Below are positions 1 to 7,700 of a stretch of DNA of 25,086 nt, piece by piece. Below the pieces are notes generated by a model that did no database searches, was not told the DNA's origin, and saw nothing but the letters and a program-made list of their open reading frames with translations. Location of the stretch: the NCBI GenBank assembly GCA_002189035.1, contig NEEC01000249.1, positions 1-25,086 of the forward strand, written 5' to 3'. The translations under genes were made by a program, and so were the position numbers. Each line of letters opens with the position of its first letter. Position 1 is the first letter of the stretch. Source of the DNA: Utricularia gibba. Taxonomy: Eukaryota; Plantae; Magnoliophyta.

Positions 1-3000
1 ATCGTGATGCATTTAATGAAGTTAGGATGTCATGAGCGCCCCAAATGGTTTTCTCAACAACCTGATTTATATTTGACGAGGTGCTCTAGGCTGGCACTAG
101 TATCGAGCAAATGGTCGAGTCGCGCTCTGGCCCATAGTCATTTGTAGCCCGGCCAAAAAAGTGATGCATTTATTAACGTTGGGTTTTCGGCGGCTGCCTA
201 CATGCTTTTTCAAGGAAAAGTTGTCGTTTTTTGGCGGGTGCTGTTGTTGGGAACTTCGTCCGGACCCAAGGTTCGGTCTGACTTCACAGCACAATAAGGT
301 CCCATTCGACGAAAATCGTGATACCTTTATTGAAGTTAGGATCTCATGACCACCCCAAATGCTTTTTTCAACAGCATGCTATACACTTGAGAAGGCGCTT
401 TTGTGGGTCACCGAGATCGGGCCGGAATTCGGGTCGAGCTCGGGCCAAAGTCAGCTGTAGCCCGACAAAAGAAGTGATGCATTTATTAACGTTGGGTTGT
501 CGGCGGCTGCCCACATGGTTTTTCAAGCAACAGCTTGCCGTTTTAAGGCGGGTGCTGTCGTTGGCAGCTTTGTAAGGGCCCAAGGTTTGGTCTGGCTCCT
601 GAGCCCAATCGGGTCCTACTCGATGAAAATCGTGATGCATTTAATGAAGTTAGGATGTCATGCGCCCCAAATGGTTTTCTCACAACCTGATTTTATTTGA
701 CGAGGTGCTCTAGGCTGGCTCTAGTATCGAGCAAATGGTCGAGTCGCGCTCTGGCCCATAGTCATTTGGCCCGGCCAAAAAAGTGATGCATTTATTAACG
801 TTGGGTTTTCGGCGGCTGCCTACATGCTTTTTCAAGGAAAAGTTGTCGTTTTTTGGCGGGTGCTGTTGTTGGGAACTTCGTCCGGACCCAAGGTTCGGTC
901 TGACTTCACAGCACAATAAGGTCCCATTCGACGAAAATCGTGATACCTTTATTGAAGTTAGGATCTCATGACCACCCCAAATGCTTTTTTCAACAGCATG
1001 CTTTACACTTGAGAAGGCGCTTTTGTGGGTCACCGAGATCGGGCCGGAATTCGGGTCGGGCTCGGGCCCAAAGTCAGCTGTAGCCCGACAAAAGAAGTGA
1101 TGCATTTATTAACGTTGGGTTGTCGGCGGCTGCCCACATGGTTTTTCAAGCAACAGCTTGCCGTTTTAAGGCGGGTGCTGTCGTTGGCAGCTTTGTAAGG
1201 GCCCAAGGTTTGGTCTGGCTCCTGAGCCCAATCGGGTCCTACTCGATGAAAATCGTGATGCATTTAATGAAGTTAGGATGTCATGAGCGCCCCAAATGGT
1301 TTTCTCAACAACCTGATTTATATTTGACGAGGTGCTCTAGGCTGGCACTAGTATCGAGCAAATGGTCGAGTCGCGCTCTGGCCCATAGTCATTTGTAGCC
1401 CGGCCAAAAAAGTGATGCATTTATTAACGTTGGGTTTTCGGCGGCTGCCTACATGCTTTTTCAAGGAAAAGTTGTCGTTTTTTGGCGGGTGCTGTTGTTG
1501 GGAACTTCGTCGGACCCAAGGTTCGGTCTGACTTCACAGCACAATAAGGTCCCATTCGACGAAAATCGTGATACCTTTATTGAAGTTAGGATCTCATGAC
1601 CACCCCAAATGCTTTTTTCAACAGCATGCTTACACTTGAGAAGGCGCTTTTGTGGGTCACCGAGATCGGGCCGGAATTCGGGTCGAGCTCGGGCCAAAGT
1701 CAGCTGTAGCCCGACAAAAGAAGTGATGCATTTATTAACGTTGGGTTGTCGGCGGCTGCCCACATGGTTTTTCAAGCAACAGCTTGCCGTTTTAAGGCGG
1801 GTGCTGTCGTTGGCAGCTTTGTAAGGGCCCAAGGTTTGGTCTGGCTCCTGAGCCCAATCGGGTCCTACTCGATGAAAATCGTGATGCATTTAATGAAGTT
1901 AGGATGTCATGAGCGCCCAAATGGTTTTCTCAACAACCTGATTTATATTTGACGAGGTGCTCTAGGCTGGCACTAGTATCGAGCAAATGGTCGAGTCGCG
2001 CTCTGGCCCATAGTCATTTGTAGCCCGGCCAAAAAAGTGATGCATTTATTAACGTTGGGTTTTCGGCGGCTGCCTACATGCTTTTTCAAGGAAAAGTTGT
2101 CGTTTTTTGGCGGGTGCTGTTGTTGGGAACTTCGTCCGGACCCAAGGTTCGGTCTGACTTCACAGCACAATAAGGTCCCATTCGACGAAAATCGTGATAC
2201 CTTTATTGAAGTTAGGATCTCATGACCACCCCAAATGCTTTTTTCAACAGCATGCTATACTTGAGAAGGCGCTTTTGTGGGTCACCGAGATCGGGCCGGA
2301 ATTCGGGTCGAGCTCGGGACAAAGTCAGCTGTAGCCGTCAAAAGAAGTGATGCATTTATTAACGTTGGGTTGTCGGCGGCTGCCCACATGGTTTTTCAAG
2401 CAACAGCTTGCCGTTTTAAGGGGGTGCTGTCGTTGGCAGCTTTGTAAGGGCCCAAGGTTTGGTCTGGCTCCTTAGCCCAATCGGGTCCTACTCGATGAAA
2501 ATCGTGATGCATTTAATGAAGTTATGATGTCATGAGCGCCCAAATGGTTTTCTCAACAACCTGATTTATATTTGACGAGGTGCTCTAGGCTGGCACTAGT
2601 ATCGAGCAAATGGTCGAGTCGCGCTCTGGCCCATAGTCATTTGTAGCCCGGCCAAAAAAGTGATGCATTTATTAACGTTGGGTTTTCGGCGGCTGCCTAC
2701 ATGCTTTTTCAAGGAAAAGTTGTCGTTTTTTGGCGGGTGCTGTTGTTGGGAACTTCGTCCGGACCCAAGGTTCGGTCTGACTTCACAGCACAATAAGGTC
2801 CCATTCGACGAAAATCGTGATACCTTTATTGAAGTGAGGATCTCAGACCACCCAAATGCTTTTTTCAACAGCATGCTATACACTTGAGAAGGCGCTTTTG
2901 TGGGTCACCGAGATCGGGCCGGAATTCGGGTCGGGCTTGGGGACAAAGTCAGCTGTAGCCCGTCAAAAGAAGTGATGCATTTATTAACGTTGGGTTGTCG

Positions 3001-3198
3001 GCGGCTGCCCACATGGTTTTTCAAGCAACAGCTTGCCGTTTTAAGGTGGGTGCTGTCGTTGGCAGCTTTGTAAGGGCCCAAGGTTTGGTCTGGCTCCTTA
3101 GCCCAATCGGGTCCTACTCGATGAAAATCGTGATGCATTTAATGAAGTTATGATGTCATGAGCGCCCCAAATGGTTTTCTCAACAACCTGATTTATAT

Positions 3199-3512
3199 TT
3201 GACGAGGTGCTCTAGGCTGGCACTAGTATCGAGCAAATGGTCGAGTCGCGCTCTGGCCCATAGTCATTTGTAGCCCGGCCAAAAAAGTGATGCATTTATT
3301 AACGTTGGGTTTTCGGCGGCTGCCTACATGCTTTTTCAAGGAAAAGTTGTCGTTTTTTGGCGGGTGCTGTTGTTGGGAACTTCGTCCGGACCCAAGGTTC
3401 GGTCTGACTTCACAGCACAATAAGGTCCCATTCGACGAAAATCGTGATACCTTTATTGAAGTGAGGATCTCAAGACCACCCCAAATGCTTTTTTCAACAG
3501 CATGCTATACAC
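3199..3512 (+). repeat. Subunit A (314 bp), representative clean copy
   Basis: Runs from ttgacgaggtgc to catgctatacac. Carries SpeI (actagt), BspEI (tccgga) and SphI (gcatgc) sites not found in B. 17 CpG and 149/314 G+C by hand count on the near-identical first copy (73-386). Confidence 0.95.
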
Positions 3513-3915
3513 TTGAGAAGGCGCTTTTGTGGGTCACCGAGATCGGGCCGGAATTCGGGTCGGGCTTGGGGACAAAGTCAGCTGTAGCCCGTCAAAAGAA
3601 GTGATGCATTTATTAACGTTGGGTTGTCGGCGGCTGCCCACATGGTTTTTCAAGCAACAGCTTGCCGTTTTAAGGTGGGTGCTGTCGTTGGCAGCTTTGT
3701 AAGGGCCCAAGGTTTGGTCTGGCTCCTTAGCCCAATCGGGTCCTACTCGATGAAAATCGTGATGCATTTAATGAAGTTATGATGTCATGAGCGCCCCAAA
3801 TGGTTTTCTCAACAACCTGATTTATATTTGACGAGGTGCTCTAGGCTGGCACTAGTATCGAGCAAATGGTCGAGTCGCGCTCTGGCCCATAGTCATTTGT
3901 AGCCCGGCCAAAAAA
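3287..3915 (+). repeat. Four ancestral ~157-bp monomers within one unit (M1 3287-3443, M2 3444-3600, M3 3601-3758, M4 3759-3915)
   Basis: Each monomer starts with gtgat(g/a)c(a/c)ttta and has atg(c/g)tttt at offsets 42-49. Lengths are 157, 157, 158 and 157. M1 vs M2 match 33 of the first 50 bases; M3 vs M4 match 41 of the first 60. Confidence 0.85.
3513..3827 (+). repeat. Subunit B (315 bp), representative clean copy, paralogue of A
   Basis: Runs from ttgagaaggcgc to ctgatttatat. Aligns to A end to end with one extra base (acagCttgcc), about 240/315 identities by hand. Carries EcoRI (gaattc), PvuII (cagctg) and ApaI (gggccc) sites not found in A. Confidence 0.95.
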
Positions 3916-5300
3916 GTGATGCATTTATTAACGTTGGGTTTTCGGCGGCTGCCTACATGCTTTTTCAAGGAAAAGTTGTCGTTTTTTGGCGGGTGCTGTT
4001 GTTGGGAACTTCGTCCGGACCCAAGGTTCGGTCTGACTTCACAGCACAATAAGGTCCCATTCGACGAAAATCGTGATACCTTTATTGAAGTGAGGATCTC
4101 ATGACCACCCCAAATGCTTTTTTCAACAGCATGCTATACACTTGAGAAGGCGCTTTTGTGGGTCACCGAGATCGGGCCGGAATTCGGGTCGGGCTTGGGG
4201 ACAAAGTCAGCTGTAGCCCGTCAAAAGAAGTGATGCATTTATTAACGTTGGGTTGTCGGCGGCTGCCCACATGGTTTTTCAAGCAACAGCTTGCCGTTTT
4301 AAGGTGGGTGCTGTCGTTGGCAGCTTTGTAAGGGCCCAAGGTTTGGTCTGGCTCCTAGCCCAATCGGGTCCTACTCGATGAAAATCGTGATGCATTTAAT
4401 GAAGTTATGATGTCATGAGCGCCCCAAATGGTTTTCTCAACAACCTGATTTATATTTGACGAGGTGCTCTAGGCTGGCACTAGTATCGAGCAAATGGTCG
4501 AGTCGCGCTCTGGCCCATAGTCATTTGTAGCCCGGCCAAAAAAGTGATGCATTTATTAACGTTGGGTTTTCGGCGGCTGCCTACATGCTTTTTCAAGGAA
4601 AAGTTGTCGTTTTTTGGCGGGTGCTGTTGTTGGGAACTTCGTCCGACCAAGGTTCGGTCTGACTTCACAGCACAATAAGGTCCCATTCGACGAAAATCGT
4701 GATACCTTTATTGAAGTTAGGATCTCATGACCACCCCAAATGCTTTTTTCAACAGCATGCTATACACTTGAGAAGGCGCTTTTGTGGGTCACCGAGATCG
4801 GGCCGGAATTCGGGTCGGCTCGGGCCCAAAGTCAGCTGTAGCCCGACAAAAGAAGTGATGCATTTATTAACGTTGGGTTGTCGGCGGCTGCCCACATGGT
4901 TTTTCAAGCAACAGCTTGCCGTTTTAAGGGGGTGCTGTCGTTGGCAGCTTTGTAAGGGCCCAAGGTTTGGTCTGGCTCCTTAGCCCAATCGGGTCCTACT
5001 CGATGAAAATCGTGATGCATTTAATGAAGTTATGATGTCATGAGCGCCCCAAATGGTTTTCTCAACAACCTGATTTATATTTGACGAGGTGCTCTAGGCT
5101 GGCACTAGTATCGAGCAAATGGTCGAGTCGCGCTCTGGCCCATAGTCATTTGTAGCCCGGCCAAAAAAGTGATGCATTTATTAACGTTGGGTTTTCGGCG
5201 GCTGCCTACATGCTTTTTCAAGGAAAAGTTGTCGTTTTTTGGCGGGTGCTGTTGTTGGGAACTTCGTCCGGACCCAAGTTCGGTCTGACTTCACAGCACA

Positions 5301-7700
5301 ATAAGGTCCCATTCGACGAAAATCGTGACCTTTATTGAAGGGATCTCAACCACCCCAAATGCTTTTTCAACAGCATGCTATACACTTGAGAAGGCGCTTT
5401 TGTGGGTCACAGATCGGGCCGGAATTCGGGTCGAAAAGTCAGCTGTAGCCCGCAAAAGAAGTGATGCATTTATTAACGTTGGGTTGTCGGCGGCTGCCCA
5501 CATGGTTTTTCAAGCAACAGCTTGCCGTTTTAAGGCGGGTGCTGTCGTTGGCAGCTTTGTAAGGGCCCAAGGTTTGGTCTGGCTCCTGAGCCCAATCGGG
5601 TCCTACTCGATGAAAATCGTGATGCATTTAATGAAGTTAGGATGTCATGAGCGCCCAAATGGTTTTCTCAACAACCTGATTTATATTTGACGAGGTGCTC
5701 TAGGCTGGCACTAGTATCGAGCAAATGGTCGAGTCGCGCTCTGGCCCATAGTCATTTGTAGCCCGGCCAAAAAAAGTGATGCATTTATTAACGTTGGGTT
5801 TTCGGCGGCTGCCTACATGCTTTTTCAAGGAAAAGTTGTCGTTTTTTGGCGGGTGCTGTTGTTGGGAACTTCGTCCGGACCCAAGGTTCGGTCTGACTTC
5901 ACAGCACAATAAGGTCCCATTCGACGAAAATCGTGATACCTTTACTCATGACCACCCCAAATGCTTTTTTCAACAGCATGCTATACACTTGAGAAGGCGC
6001 TTTTGTGGGTCACCGAGATCGGGCCGGAATTCGGGTCGGCTAAAGTCAGCTGTAGCCCGGAAGTGATGCATTTATTAACGTTGGGTTGTCGGCGGCTGCC
6101 CACATGGTTTTTCAAGCAACAGCTTGCCGTTTTATGCTGTCGTTGGCAGCTTTGTAAGGGCCCAAGAGCCCAATCGGGTCCTACTCGATGAAAATCGTGA
6201 TGCATTTAATGAAGTTAATGTCATGAGCGCCCCAAATGGTTTTCTCAACAACCTGATTTATATTTGACGAGGTGCTCTAGGCTGGCACTAGTATCGAGCA
6301 AATGGTCGAGTCGCGCTCTGGCCCATAGTCATTTGTAGCCCGGCCAAAAAAGTGATGCATTTATTAACGTTGGGTTTTCGGCGGCTGCCTACATGCTTTT
6401 CAAGGAAAAGTTGTCGTTTTTTGGCGGGTGCTGTTGTTGGGAACTTCGTCCGGACCCAAGGTTCGGTCTGACTTCACAGCACAATAAGGTCCCATTCGAC
6501 GAAAATCGTGATACCTTTATTGAAGGGATCTCATGACCACCCCAAATGCTTTTTTCAACAGCATGCTATACACTTGAGAAGGCGCTTTTGTGGGTCACCG
6601 AGATCGGGCCGGAATTCGGGTCGAGCTAAAGTCAGCTGTAGCCCGAAAAAGAAGTGATGCATTTATTAACGTTGGGTTGTCGGCGGCTGCCCACATGGTT
6701 TTTCAAGCAACAGCTTGCCGTTTTAAGGTGCTGTCGTTGGCAGCTTTGTAAGGGCCCAAGGTTTGGTCTGGCTCCTGAGCCCAATCGGGTCCTACTCGAT
6801 GAAAATCGTGATGCATTTAATGAAGTTATGATGTCATGAGCGCCCCAAATGGTTTTCTCAACAACCTGATTTATATTTGACGAGGTGCTCTAGGCTGGCA
6901 CTAGTATCGAGCAAATGGTCGAGTCGCGCTCTGGCCCATAGTCATTTGTAGCCCGGCCAAAAAAGTGATGCATTTATTAACGTTGGGTTTTCGGCTGCCT
7001 ACATGCTTTTTCAAGGAAAAGTTGTCGTTTTTTGCGGGTGCTGTTGTTGGGAACTTCGTCCGGACCCAAGGTTCGGTCTGACTTCACAGCACAATAAGGT
7101 CCCATTCGACGAAAATCGTGATACCTTATTGAAGTTAGGATCGACCACCCCAAATGCTTTTTTCAACAGCATGCTATACACTTGAGAAGGCGCTTTTGTG
7201 GGTCACCAGATCGGGCCGGAATTCGGGTTGGAAAGTCAGCTGTAGCCCGTGATGCATTTATTAACGTTGGGTTGTCGGCGGCTGCCCACATGGTTTTTCA
7301 AGCAACAGCTTGCCGTTTTAAGGCGGGTGCTGTCGTTGGCAGCTTTGTAAGGGCCCAAGGTTTGGTCAGCCCAATCGGGTCCTACTCGATGAAAATCGTG
7401 ATGCATCATGAGCGCCCCAAATGGTTTTCTCAACAACCTGATTTATATTTGACGAGGCTCTAGGCTGGCACTAGTATCGAGCAAATGGTCGAGTCGCGCT
7501 CTGGCCCATAGTCATTTGTAGCCCGGCCAAAAAAGTGATGCATTTATTAACGTTGGGTTTTCGGCGGCTGCCTACATGCTTTTTCAAGGAAAAGTTGTCG
7601 TTTTTTGGCGGGTGCTGTTGTTGGGAACTTCGTCCGGACCCAAGGTTCGGTCTGACTTCACAGCACAATAAGGTCCCATTCGACGAGAAATCGTGATACC
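5301..7700 (+). repeat. Eroded satellite units (period shrinks to 556-613 bp)
   Basis: Unit starts at 5687, 6264, 6877, 7449 and ~8005. Many small deletions, mostly in subunit B and the end of A. Confidence 0.85.

Larger units (their letters stand above)
1..5300 (+). repeat. Left regular domain: intact ~626-bp units, blocks of type I and type II subfamilies
   Basis: Units at 73, 697 and 1324 carry type I alleles (gaagtTagg, gctCgggCC, cccgAc, aaggCggg, cctGagc, gttaGg). Units at 2572, 3199 and 3828 carry type II alleles (gaagtGagg, gctTgggGA, cccgTc, aaggTggg, cctTagc, gttaTg). Units at 1949 and 4456 are hybrids. Confidence 0.85.

Noticed and set aside
304-320. Possible CENP-B box at attcgacgaaaatcgtg
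   Set aside because: It does not match TTCG-N4-A-N2-CGGG. No other ttcg or cccg context I checked on either strand fits.
161-349. Recurrent ORFs such as MMHLLTLGFRRLPTCFFKEKLSFF (A), MHLLTLGCRRLPTWFFKQQLAVL (B) and minus-strand MCCEVRPNLGSG or MHHDFHRVGPDW
   Set aside because: They are short, overlap on both strands, recur only because the DNA repeats, and show no recognisable domain. Frames are freely broken between copies, and the A/B indel is 1 bp, which argues against coding constraint.
161-660. CRISPR-like pattern of a conserved word (gtgatgcattta) at regular spacing
   Set aside because: The intervening sequences are about 145 bp, are themselves repeated rather than unique spacers, and no cas genes are present.
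73-696. Satellite-encoded hammerhead ribozyme, as in newt, cricket and schistosome satellites
   Set aside because: I found no CUGANGA core on either strand of the consensus unit by eye. An Infernal search with the Rfam hammerhead models would be the definitive test.
3287-3443. About 10-bp phased A/T tracts implying DNA curvature
   Set aside because: Tracts are present but their spacing by eye is irregular (about 9-22 bp). It cannot be supported without a periodicity calculation.
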